A DNA stretch of 64,000 nt from an uncultured delta proteobacterium (GTDB taxonomy: Bacteria > Myxococcota > Myxococcia > Myxococcales > Myxococcaceae): positions 1,280,001 to 1,344,000 of the forward strand of contig CAVQKE010000003.1 of assembly GCA_963713045.1 (NCBI GenBank). The letters are read 5' to 3'. Both the position numbers and the translations under genes were made by a program. Below the pieces are notes generated by a model, which saw only the letters and a program-made list of their open reading frames with translations, searched no databases and was not told the DNA's origin. Below are positions 31,420 to 40,247 of the stretch, in pieces (position 1 is the first letter of the stretch; each line of letters begins with the position of its first letter).

Positions 31420-33799
31420 CGTGTTGCGCTTGGGCGAAACATTCTGCGCCCTGGGCGCTGCCTGGCTCCTCACTTATGCCCTGCACTCCACCGTCCTCAT
31501 CGCCGGCACCTGGGCCGTGCAGCGGCTGGCCCTGGTGCGCTCGCTGCGCCTTCGGGACCTGCTGTGGCGCGGCGCCCTGGTGGGCGGACTGTTGACCGCC
31601 AGCCTCCAGCTGGGCGCGGGGCTTGCCCCCTGGGGCATCACCCTGCAGGCGCAGCACTCCGCCAAGGTCCCACCGCCACCTGTCGCCGCCGCGCCCCTGG
31701 TGCTGGAGGTGCCGGCGGCCGGCCCGGGCGAGGAGCAGCTCGGCCCGGACGTGGCCCTTCCGCCCAGCCGCGCCGAGGCCGGGGACGTGGCCTTCGGCGT
31801 TGCGGCCGTGCCCGCCGCCCCGGCCGCGGTGGCAGTGCCCGAAGTTCGGGTCCACTCCCTCCTCTTCATGGCCTGGGTGGCGGTGGCCTCGGTGCTGCTG
31901 TTGCGGCTGGCGGTGGGGCGCACCCGCGTCCTGGAAGGGCTGGGGCTGCGCTCGCCCGTCCTGGAGCCGCGGTTGCGCGCCCAGCTGGAGGCGTTGTGCG
32001 GCGAAGCCGGGCGCACACAGCCCGTGCACCTGACGACTGCCCAAGGGCTGAAGAGTCCGGTGGCCCTCGGCTGGGCGGAAATTTGCCTCCCGGCTGCCGT
32101 CCTGACTGAACTCGACGCGCCCCAGCAGCGCAGCGTTCTGGCCCATGAATTGGCCCACCTGCAGCGCCGGGACCCGCTGTGGCTGCTGTTGGGGACCACG
32201 CTGGAGCAGCTTCTCTTCTTCCAGCCACTCAACCGGCTGGTGCGCCGCAACATGCAGGAGGTGGCCGAGTACCTGTGCGACGACTGGGCCGCGGTGCGCG
32301 ACGGCTCAGGGCTGCCCATTGCCCGTGGGCTGGCCGCGGTGGCCCGTTGGTTGGACGGCGCCGAGGAGCGCAGCGTGCCGCTGGCTGGAATGGCGGAGCG
32401 CCCCAGCCTCCTGGTGGCGCGCGTGCAGCGGCTGCTTCAAACCCATGTCTCGCTTGAACCGCGCCGGCCCTGGCATGGGCTGGTGTTTGCGCTGGTGCTG
32501 CTGCTGACCGTGGTGGCCGTGCCCGGGGTGCGCGCCGCGCCGGCAGCGGGTTGGTTTGAGGCGGACCCGGCCCAAGCCACACCGGCCCGCGCGACGGCTG
32601 AGGCAGCCCAGACGAAACAGACGCCTGCAACGGCCGAGACGCCAGCGACGCCGGAGACGGCCCAGCCCCCCCTGCACCGGGCCGCCCACCCAGCGCGGGT
32701 GCCCCTTGTGGCCCAAGTTTTTCCGGCCCCCGTCCCGACGGTGCCCCCGGTGCCACCCCTTCCACCGCTGCCGCCGACAGCGTCCTTGGACGCGGCCAAG
32801 CTGGCGGCGGACATGTCGCGGCACCAGCGCGAATGGGCCGTGCACCAGGCGGCGTTGGCCAAAATGCAAGTGCACCTCGCCCGGGCCCAGGTTTCCCTCC
32901 ACCAGCACGGCGGCTTCGCCCACGACAAAGGCGGTTCCAGCACCGCGGACGAAGCCACCGTGCAGGCGCTGGTGAAGGCCCTGAAGGACCAGGACGCGGG
33001 AGTCCGTGAGGCGGCCGCTGAGTCCCTCGGACGTCTCTCCGACGTCCGTGCCCTGGAGGGGCTGGCGGCCGCCACCTCCGACGCGGATGTGGCGGTGCGG
33101 ACCGCCGCCGTGGAGGCGCTGGGCGACCTGGACGACGCCCGCGCAATTCCCGCGCTGGCCAAGGCCCTGAAAGACGCGAGCCCCGCCGTCCGGCGCCCGG
33201 CCGCCGAAGGGTTGGCGAAGCTGGAGGACTCCCCGGCGGCAGTTGAGCCGCTGGTGGGGGCCCTTTCGGACAGCGATGTGCACGTCCGCCTCGCGGCTGC
33301 GACTGGGCTGGCCGCGCGCAGCGACAAGCGGGCCCTCAGTGCGCTGGAGGCGCTGTTGAAGGACACCTCCCCGGAAGTGCGCGTCGAGGCAGTGGGGGCC
33401 CTCAGCGGCTACCAGGACGCCGCCATCCCGGCCCTCACCACCGCCCTCAAAGACGACTCCCCCCAGGTGCGCGAACAGGCCGTCCGGGCGCTGGCCAGCC
33501 TCAGTTCGGCGCAGGCCACGCCGGCCCTCCTCGAGGCCACCCATGACAAAAGCAGTGACGTCCGCGCCGTGGCGGCGGCCGGGCTGGGTGAGCTGCCTGA
33601 AGGTGCCCACTCCGCCGCCGTGGTGGCGGCGTTGAAGGCCCTGTTGGACGACAGCTCGCCCGACGTGCGCGAGGAGGCCATTTCAGCGCTGGGCGAAATT
33701 CGCGACGCGAATGCCCTCCAGGCCCTCATCGCGGCCATGCAAAGCAAGGATGCGACGGTGCGCAAGGCGGCGGCGGCTGCGCTTGGCCAGCGGGACTAG
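31406..33799 (+). CDS. BlaR1-like M56 metallopeptidase fused to C-terminal HEAT repeats
   Basis: TM helices, AHELAHLQRRD, FFQPL and EYLCD; Pro/Ala linker; about nine (L.D....VR..A..AL) repeats. Confidence 0.9.
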   Translation: MTTADVLRLGETFCALGAAWLLTYALHSTVLIAGTWAVQRLALVRSLRLRDLLWRGALVGGLLTASLQLGAGLAPWGITLQAQHSAKVPPPPVAAAPLVLEVPAAGPGEEQLGPDVALPPSRAEAGDVAFGVAAVPAAPAAVAVPEVRVHSLLFMAWVAVASVLLLRLAVGRTRVLEGLGLRSPVLEPRLRAQLEALCGEAGRTQPVHLTTAQGLKSPVALGWAEICLPAAVLTELDAPQQRSVLAHELAHLQRRDPLWLLLGTTLEQLLFFQPLNRLVRRNMQEVAEYLCDDWAAVRDGSGLPIARGLAAVARWLDGAEERSVPLAGMAERPSLLVARVQRLLQTHVSLEPRRPWHGLVFALVLLLTVVAVPGVRAAPAAGWFEADPAQATPARATAEAAQTKQTPATAETPATPETAQPPLHRAAHPARVPLVAQVFPAPVPTVPPVPPLPPLPPTASLDAAKLAADMSRHQREWAVHQAALAKMQVHLARAQVSLHQHGGFAHDKGGSSTADEATVQALVKALKDQDAGVREAAAESLGRLSDVRALEGLAAATSDADVAVRTAAVEALGDLDDARAIPALAKALKDASPAVRRPAAEGLAKLEDSPAAVEPLVGALSDSDVHVRLAAATGLAARSDKRALSALEALLKDTSPEVRVEAVGALSGYQDAAIPALTTALKDDSPQVREQAVRALASLSSAQATPALLEATHDKSSDVRAVAAAGLGELPEGAHSAAVVAALKALLDDSSPDVREEAISALGEIRDANALQALIAAMQSKDATVRKAAAAALGQRD

Positions 33800-33810
33800 G
33801 GACGGACGCC

Positions 33811-34642
33811 TTGCGCCGCGCGCTGCCCCGCTGGGCGCTTGCCCTGCTGTCCCTTCTGGCGCTTCCGTCCGTCAGCGCCTGGGCCAGCCACCGGCACGCC
33901 CGTCCGCTGGAGACAGCAGGCCTTACCCCAAGCCAACTTCTGCCGCTGCTTGACGGCCTGGCCCGGGCGGACGGCCCGGTGTGCCAGCTGGCGGTGGACG
34001 CCCTGCTCTCCGGACACTGGCCCCAAGAGGAGGAGGAGCCGTGGGCCGGGGCATGGAGGAGCGGCCCTTTGGACAGCGCCCTCGGCCCGGAAGGGGTGGC
34101 GCTGCTTGCTGGCCGCCTCGCCGCCCCGCAGGCCCTGCGTGCGGCGGGTGGCCGCCACTTGGCTTGGCCGCTCGGAAAGCCCAGAGGCGCTGGCCCGGCT
34201 GCGCGCCGCATTGGCTGCCCCCACCGCAGAGGAACGCGAGGCGGGCGTACTGGGGCTTGGCGAGCGTGGGGAGGCCTCGACGCGCGAGCTTCTGGAAAAG
34301 GCCCTGCTGGACGCGGACAGCCGTGTGGCCTCGACGGCCGCCTGGGCGTTGGGCGCATTGCAGGACGAGCGCGCCGTGGCGGCCTTGGCCCGCGCCGCCC
34401 ACCACCGGGAGGCGCGCGTCCGGAGGGCGGCGGTCGGCAGCCTCGCTGAATATGTGGACGCCCCCGTCTTGGCGTTGCTTCTGCAGGCCCTTCAGGATTC
34501 GGATGCCTCCGTCCGCCGCGCGGCGGCCCGGGCGCTTGGCCAGGGCGACGTCAACCCGGCGGTGCAGCAGGCCCTGCGCGCCGTCCTTGCCGACAAAAGT
34601 GCAGAGGTGCGCCGCGAGGCGGCGCGGGCTCTCGGGCAGTAG
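33811..34642 (+). CDS. Exported HEAT-repeat protein with an apparent +1 frameshift near 34133
   Basis: Signal peptide in frame 33811; HEAT repeats (CVRRVAA.., LLDADSRV, LQDSDASVRR) continue in the +1 frame to TAG 34642. Confidence 0.72.
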
Positions 34643-34717
34643 CCGCCGCCACGGGGATGGGTGCAAACGCGCCAGTTGGCATGGGCCGGCCCTGCCCCCT
34701 AGCGTGCCACGCCTTCT

Positions 34718-35455
34718 ATGCGGCCTCCCCACCGCGCCACAGCCGCATCAGCCGTCGCGCCGCGCGGGCACTGGGCCGCCGCGGCCTTGTGGGCGCTGGC
34801 GGCGTGGCCTTTGGGCTTGGGACTGCGGCTCCTCACCGGCTTGGCCGAGGCCACCTCCCGCGTCTCGGTCCAGGGTCCAGGCGCCAGCTACGCCGGCCCG
34901 GCGCTGTATGTGAATTGGCACCGCTACCTGCCTTACTTGGTCATGCACCACGGCCGGGCGCGGCGCTGGCTGATGGTGTCCCGCGACGCGTACCTGGCCC
35001 CGGTGGTGGTCTGGAACCGTCTGCACGGCGTCCGTGTCATCCGCGGCGGGAGCGGCGATGGAGGCCAGACGGCCCTCGCGCACATGGTGCGGCGGCTGCG
35101 CGCCGGCGACTCGGCCTTCCTCGCGGTGGATGGACCGCGGGGGCCGCCGCTGCAAGTCAAGCGTGGCTGCGTGGAGATGGCGCGCGCCGCCCAAGTGCCC
35201 CTCATCCCCGTCGGCTACGCCAGCCGCCGAGGGCGCTTCGACACGCGGCGCTGGGACCACTGGCTGATGGTGCGGCCGTTGGACACACTGAGCGTCCACT
35301 ACGGGACGCCGCTCTTCTTCAAGGATGAGGAGCCGCTTGACAGTGCACTGTTACGCGTCGCCGAAGGCCTGGCCCAGGTGGGGGATTCGTCGGCGGACCC
35401 AACCGCGCACCAAAAAAAGCGGCCCGACACCCACGAGGGACGCCGGGCCACTTAG
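34718..35455 (+). CDS. DUF374 / lysophospholipid acyltransferase-like protein
   Basis: NWH, MVSR, IRGGS and AVDGPRGP motifs. Its 3' end overlaps the antisense sRNA terminator. Confidence 0.8.
   Translation: MRPPHRATAASAVAPRGHWAAAALWALAAWPLGLGLRLLTGLAEATSRVSVQGPGASYAGPALYVNWHRYLPYLVMHHGRARRWLMVSRDAYLAPVVVWNRLHGVRVIRGGSGDGGQTALAHMVRRLRAGDSAFLAVDGPRGPPLQVKRGCVEMARAAQVPLIPVGYASRRGRFDTRRWDHWLMVRPLDTLSVHYGTPLFFKDEEPLDSALLRVAEGLAQVGDSSADPTAHQKKRPDTHEGRRAT
35412..35451 (-). terminator. Rho-independent terminator (third stem-loop of the sRNA)
   Basis: GUGGCCCGGCGUCCC-UCGU-GGGUGUCGGGCCGC followed by UUUUUUU. Confidence 0.88.
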
Positions 35456-35531
35456 GGACTTCAGTCAGCGCGAGGACTCCCCGCTTGGGCCGGTGGGGGG
35501 GAACCTGCCCAGCGCGGCGAACCTCACGCCC
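35412..35531 (-). ncRNA. pxr: Pxr-like small regulatory RNA
   Basis: Long stem-loop (35468-35529) with a C7 loop (GGUUCCCCCCCACC); short GAC-UGAA-GUC hairpin; terminal GC hairpin plus U7. Position between the selB region and nuo genes. Recognised from memory, not by covariance search. Confidence 0.8.
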
Positions 35532-35537
35532 ACACTT

Positions 35538-35566
35538 TCTATAGCGACTCCGTCGCCCCTCGTCCA
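35538..35566 (-). promoter_or_regulatory. Candidate sigma70-type promoter of the sRNA
   Basis: TGGACG-N17-TATAGA on the minus strand, predicting a start near 35531. A weak GG-N10-GC overlaps the spacer. Confidence 0.55.
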
Positions 35567-35702
35567 TTCGGCCGTTGGCCTTTTTTCGCAGCGCGCTTAC
35601 AGCGTCGGATGCGCGCATACACGCCTTTGGTAGGGCCTCCCTTTTCTTTTTTTGGGCGCGGCGCTTGGTTGGACGGCGGCCCGTCCGGTGTGTTGCGTCA
35701 CG

Positions 35703-37628
35703 TCAGCGGTGGCTGCTCCGCGCCACGCGACGCTCCCCCACGCGCAGTGTCACTTTCTCCCGGTCAAAATACTCTGAGAGTGGGATGACAAATTTTCGAC
35801 TTTGCCCCACCAGTTGTTTGAAAGCCTGCGTGGAAATTTCTCGGTGCTGTGCGAGGTGCGCCAACAGCTGCGTCCTCAGCGCGGACAGCGGGGCGCTGTG
35901 AAAGTACAGCTCCTCCGTCACCTTCACCAAGACGCCTTCGCGGACCGGGCCCTCGAGGAGGGCTGCGACGCGCGCCGAGGGTAACCCGAGACTTTGGCCC
36001 AATTCGCCCAGGGTGGGCGGTGCCAGCCCCGCGCCGGCCAGCGACGCCAGGGCCTTGGAGCGCGCCGCCTCCTCGTCCAAGGTGAGGCTTCGTCCCCGTC
36101 CGCGCAGACGGACCCCGTCCGGTGGTACCAGCTCCACTTGGCCACGCTCGACCAATTGCTGGACCAGGCGACTCAGCAGGCGCGGCTCAAGCCCGATGGA
36201 GAGGCGCTGGCGCAGCTCCTCACGGCCGAGGGCGTCCTTCAACGGCTCCCGCTCGTGAAAGGCCTGCAGCACTGAAAGGGCGCGGCCGAGCAGCCCTTGG
36301 AAGACCTCCGAGGCGTGGTAAAGGCGCCGCTCTCTATCCACCAGCAGCACCTCGCCTCGGCTGCTGAGGACCTCCAGCGTCCGGCTCAGCTGTTTCTGTG
36401 AAAGGCCCGAGCGGACGAAGAGTTCCGGGAAAAGCAGGCCGCGGTAACCAGCCTGGCGGAGAAGCCACCGCGCCCGCGCCTCGCCGTCGGCGCCGCGCAT
36501 CGGTTCAAGGAGGGCACCTGCGCCGCGGCGGCGGCGCGGTGCGGAGAGGGTGAGGACGCGCCCGCCGGCCAAAGTCGCGCCGCGTCCGGGGAGGGGCCGT
36601 GGGCCGCGGAGGATGAAGCGCTGGCCGGGCAGCGCGGCCACCGGTGCCGAGAGGCGCAGCTGGGCCAGCGCCGTCTCCCCGGGCTGCAGTGTGTCCACGT
36701 CCAACAGGCGCACCTGCGCCTCGGCCTGTGCCGTGCCCAGGTGCAACAGCAGCGTCCGCCGTCGGCCCAGCGGTGCCTCCGCGGCGCCCAGCAGCGTCAA
36801 CTCCACGTCCAGTGTCCGCGTCTCCGGCAGCTCCTCAAAGCGCGTCAACACCATGCCCCGGCGAACGTCTGGGGCGGCCACCGCCGGAAGGTTGACGGCA
36901 GTCCGCTGCCCGGCGGTGGCCCGAGGCACCGGGGCGCCATGCACCTGAAGGCCCCGGGCACGGTAGGGGCCCACCAAACCAGGAAGCAGCGAGAGGGACT
37001 CCTCGGGCGCCAAACCACCGGACAACAGCGTGCCGGTGACGACGGTGCCGAAGCCCTTGAGGGTGAAGGCACGGTCCACCGGGAGAAAGAGGGGTCCGTC
37101 CGCGTTGCGCGCCGGCAACGCGGCCACCGCCCGTCCCAGGGCGGCCACCAGCGGCAGTAGCCCCGCACCAGTGCGGGCGGACACCTCCACCACCTCCGCC
37201 ATCTCCAGCCCGGTGCCCGCCAACAGCGTACTGACGTCGGCTTCCAACAGCGCGCGCCAGTCGCTGCCCAAATCATCCAGCAGGTCCGCCTTGGTGAGGG
37301 CCACCACTGCGGCGCGCACGCCAAGCAGCTGGCAAATGTCCAGGTGCTCTCGCGTCTGGGGCATGACGCCCTCGTCGGCGGCGACGACGAGGAGCGCCAC
37401 GTCCACCCCGCCGGCGCCGGCCGCCATGGCCTTCACGAAGCGCTCGTGACCAGGCACATCCACCACGCCGGCCACCGTCCCGTCCGGCAGCCGCAGGTGC
37501 GCAAAGCCCAGTTCCAGGGTAATGCCCCGCCGCTTCTCCTCCGGCAACCGGTCGGTGTCGATGCCGGTGAGGGCCTTCACCAGGGACGTCTTCCCGTGGT
37601 CGACGTGCCCGGCGGTGCCGATAATCAC
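35703..37628 (-). CDS. selB: Selenocysteine-specific elongation factor
   Basis: [34 protein letters not shown] and C-terminal winged helix [16 protein letters not shown] overlap with the upstream gene. Confidence 0.96.
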   Translation of the reverse strand: MIIGTAGHVDHGKTSLVKALTGIDTDRLPEEKRRGITLELGFAHLRLPDGTVAGVVDVPGHERFVKAMAAGAGGVDVALLVVAADEGVMPQTREHLDICQLLGVRAAVVALTKADLLDDLGSDWRALLEADVSTLLAGTGLEMAEVVEVSARTGAGLLPLVAALGRAVAALPARNADGPLFLPVDRAFTLKGFGTVVTGTLLSGGLAPEESLSLLPGLVGPYRARGLQVHGAPVPRATAGQRTAVNLPAVAAPDVRRGMVLTRFEELPETRTLDVELTLLGAAEAPLGRRRTLLLHLGTAQAEAQVRLLDVDTLQPGETALAQLRLSAPVAALPGQRFILRGPRPLPGRGATLAGGRVLTLSAPRRRRGAGALLEPMRGADGEARARWLLRQAGYRGLLFPELFVRSGLSQKQLSRTLEVLSSRGEVLLVDRERRLYHASEVFQGLLGRALSVLQAFHEREPLKDALGREELRQRLSIGLEPRLLSRLVQQLVERGQVELVPPDGVRLRGRGRSLTLDEEAARSKALASLAGAGLAPPTLGELGQSLGLPSARVAALLEGPVREGVLVKVTEELYFHSAPLSALRTQLLAHLAQHREISTQAFKQLVGQSRKFVIPLSEYFDREKVTLRVGERRVARSSHR

Positions 37629-38266
37629 CGGCCGCGCCCGCGCTTGGTGGGGGAGGCGTCGAAGCGCCCGTCTTCGGTGACGGGGGAATAGTCCCAAGGG
37701 AAGACCTGGAGGGAGTCGCTTCGCAGGGCGCTGAAGTCCGGGGCGTAGCCGTCGGTGCGGCAAATCAGCGTGGCCGTCCGCAGCGCGCGGGCCCCGGCCT
37801 TTCGCACCAGCGTCCTGGCCAACTCCAGCGTCTCGCCGCTGGCGGACACGTCGTCCACCACCAGCACGCGCCGCCCTTTGACTTCCTTCGGCACGCTGCC
37901 CGACAGCTTCGGCCGCCCGACGTCGGTGTGGGCGCGGCTGCGGCGGCTGATGCGCACTGGGTAGAAGGCCGCTCCCAAGGCCGAGGCCAGCGCTCCGCCG
38001 ACGAAGACACCGCCGTGCGCGACGCCCACCACCGCCTCGACGGCGTAGGCGCGAAAAATGGTGCGGGCCAGCGTCTGGATGTGCCGGTCAAAACTGGCCC
38101 AGGACATCTCGGCCACGCCCACCGCTGGGCGCGAGCGGTCCATCCCCAGGCCCTCGCGGGGCACTTCCACCTGCGGGGCCAGCAGCGCTTCGACGGGGGC
38201 GGAGAAGGGGCTCACCGCCCGCCGTGCTCGACGTCGCGCGGAAGGCCGGACGCGTTGTTGTGGCAT
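37625..38266 (-). CDS. Type I phosphoribosyltransferase
   Basis: VVGVAHGG and PRPP-binding loop [18 protein letters not shown]. Start uncertain. Confidence 0.85.
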   Translation of the reverse strand: MPQQRVRPSARRRARRAVSPFSAPVEALLAPQVEVPREGLGMDRSRPAVGVAEMSWASFDRHIQTLARTIFRAYAVEAVVGVAHGGVFVGGALASALGAAFYPVRISRRSRAHTDVGRPKLSGSVPKEVKGRRVLVVDDVSASGETLELARTLVRKAGARALRTATLICRTDGYAPDFSALRSDSLQVFPWDYSPVTEDGRFDASPTKRGRGR

Positions 38267-38315
38267 GGGGAGCACCTCAGAAAAAACGCTGGCAGTCCTC
38301 TTCCAAGTCTCCCTC

Positions 38316-39191
38316 TCAGGCCTCCAGCAGGGAAACTATCTCCTCCGCCTCGACGGTGTACGCCGAGGTGCAAAATTCACAGGTGACGTCGGCCTTGCCG
38401 TCCTCGCGCAGCAGTTGTTCCAACTCCGTCCGCCCCAGCAGGCGCAGGGCCTGCTTCACGCGCTCGCGCGAGCACCGGCATTGGAAGGCCAGCGGGCGCA
38501 CACTCAACACCTCCGGCGAAGCGTCGCCGAAGAGGCCGCGCAAAAGGCCGGCCGCGGACAGGGTGGGGCCACGGCGAAGCTCGCCGGCCAGGGCTCCGTG
38601 GTCGTGGACGCGTTCACGCAGCGCCTGCAGGGCGGCGGCATTGCCGTCCGGAAGGCGTTGGACGAGAACCCCAGCCACCCGGGACAGGGACTCCCCAGCC
38701 TCGCCCAGCGCTTCTAGGCCCACCACGCTGTCCACCTGTTCGGACGCCTGGAAATAGCGCTCCAAGTCCCTTCCCAATTCAAAGGCCTGGAGGTCCACGC
38801 TGCTTCGGTAAAACTCCCCGGCCTGCAGCTCGCGCACCGTGGAGAGGACGGCCTTGTTGCCCAGCGCCGGGCGAAAGCGGTAGGGCCCAGGCTCGCCGAG
38901 GTGTTGCAACAGCGGGTTTTTGACGTAGCCGCGCACCGCACCGCTGGTGGTGGCGTCGGTGTAGAAGCCGCGGAGCGCGCCGTCACATTCCAGCTGCAGC
39001 GAGACGCGCGTCTCCTCTTTCTGAAGGCCGGCCAGAAGCGCCACCCCCGTCAACCCACGCGCCAGCACCGCCGCGGACGCACTGCGGGCCTGGTGTCGCT
39101 GGCGGGCCTCCCGGGACAGCCGGGTGGTGGTGGCCACCACCACCCGGAGGCTGACGCCGGGCAGAAGGGCGCTGAGAAGTTCATCGGGCAT
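38316..39191 (-). CDS. hslO: Hsp33 redox-regulated chaperone
   Basis: G.VRGY, YF..SEQ, GVLVQRLP; Zn ligands CRCS and CEFC. Confidence 0.93.
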   Translation of the reverse strand: MPDELLSALLPGVSLRVVVATTTRLSREARQRHQARSASAAVLARGLTGVALLAGLQKEETRVSLQLECDGALRGFYTDATTSGAVRGYVKNPLLQHLGEPGPYRFRPALGNKAVLSTVRELQAGEFYRSSVDLQAFELGRDLERYFQASEQVDSVVGLEALGEAGESLSRVAGVLVQRLPDGNAAALQALRERVHDHGALAGELRRGPTLSAAGLLRGLFGDASPEVLSVRPLAFQCRCSRERVKQALRLLGRTELEQLLREDGKADVTCEFCTSAYTVEAEEIVSLLEA

Positions 39192-39244
39192 GCTGTCACC
39201 GGCTGTACTAATGCCAGGCCGACGGCGCGGCATCCCCGGGGGGC

Positions 39245-39583
39245 CTAGGGCGCCTGCGCCGCCTCCCGGGTGCGCCTCAACCACGCGGCCAGGGCGTCCG
39301 CGTCGGCCACCTTGCCCACGGCGCGAAGGATGGACTCCTCGGTGTCCAAAAGTTGAAGCGCCGCCTGGCGGAGCCGCGGGGTGGCCAAGATGTGAAGCGC
39401 CGCGTCTGGCTCCAGCGAAAGCAGCATGCTGCGCGGAATGCCAAACAGCTCCAGGGTGGCGCGGTGAATCTCCTCCAGCGCCTGCTCCTCCTCGCCCCGC
39501 ACGCGGTACCCAAGGGCGCGGGCCAGCGCCGCCGCCAGCTGTGTGAGGAGCCGCTCCAGCCAGTCGCTGCGGATGGGACTCAT
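39245..39583 (-). CDS. Hypothetical helical protein
   Basis: Co-oriented ORF between ssb and hslO with an RBS (GGGGGGAA) and an N-terminal RSDWLER motif. Confidence 0.6.
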   Translation of the reverse strand: MSPIRSDWLERLLTQLAAALARALGYRVRGEEEQALEEIHRATLELFGIPRSMLLSLEPDAALHILATPRLRQAALQLLDTEESILRAVGKVADADALAAWLRRTREAAQAP

Positions 39584-39664
39584 CGCGGTTCCCCCCCGCG
39601 CCTGCGGCCCCCAAGGGAGGGGAGGGGTGAGGCGTCGGGGGCCCTTAGCCTCGCCGCGTGTCCC

Positions 39665-40126
39665 CTAGAAGGGGATGTCGTCCTCGGCGCCAGCGGCGGC
39701 GGCGGTGTGCGCCAGCTCCTCGGGCGCTGCGGTGGCGGCGTATTCCTCGCCGTTGCGGGCGCGGGGACGGCCGTTACTGGCACCGGCCTCGCCACGACCG
39801 CCGAGAAACACCACATTCGAGGCCACCACTTCGGTGGTGTAATTCTTCTTTCCTTCTTTGTCCGTCCACTCGCGCGTCTGCAGCCGGCCCTCGACGAAGC
39901 ATTGTCGGCCCTTGGCCAGGTACTCGCCGCAAAGCTCCCCCAGCTTTCCCCAGACCACAATGCGGTGCCACTCGGTGCGCTCCTGCTTCTGTCCCGCCTT
40001 GTCCGTCCAGTTCTCACTGGTGGCGATTCGGAAGTTTGCGACCGCCTGGCCACTGGGAGTGAAGCGCACCTCGGGGTCCGCACCAAGGTTCCCCACCAGA
40101 ATGACTTTGTTTACGCCTCCAGCCAT
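39665..40126 (-). CDS. ssb: Single-stranded DNA-binding protein
   Basis: [19 protein letters not shown] and C-terminal DDIPF. Confidence 0.98.
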   Translation of the reverse strand: MAGGVNKVILVGNLGADPEVRFTPSGQAVANFRIATSENWTDKAGQKQERTEWHRIVVWGKLGELCGEYLAKGRQCFVEGRLQTREWTDKEGKKNYTTEVVASNVVFLGGRGEAGASNGRPRARNGEEYAATAAPEELAHTAAAAGAEDDIPF

Positions 40127-40247
40127 GTTCCTTTACCGTCCTTTCGAGCACCGGCCCGTTGCGGCCCGGTGACAGAAACACCTCGTAGCAGAGGGAGCTG
40201 ACAGACGCGACGGGCGCCGTCAGCCACGGCCTTTGGGGAAAGGACGC

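Noticed and set aside
32950..33790. Degenerate ~93-bp DNA periodicity
   Set aside because: Explained by the encoded HEAT repeats.
35412..35702. Possible tRNA-Sec (selC) next to selB
   Set aside because: No cloverleaf, UCA anticodon loop or T-loop. The structure fits a Pxr-like sRNA instead.
39200..39220. GG-N10-GC upstream of hslO (TGGCATTAGTACAGC, minus strand)
   Set aside because: The -12 element is poor, so it is too weak to call a sigma54 promoter.
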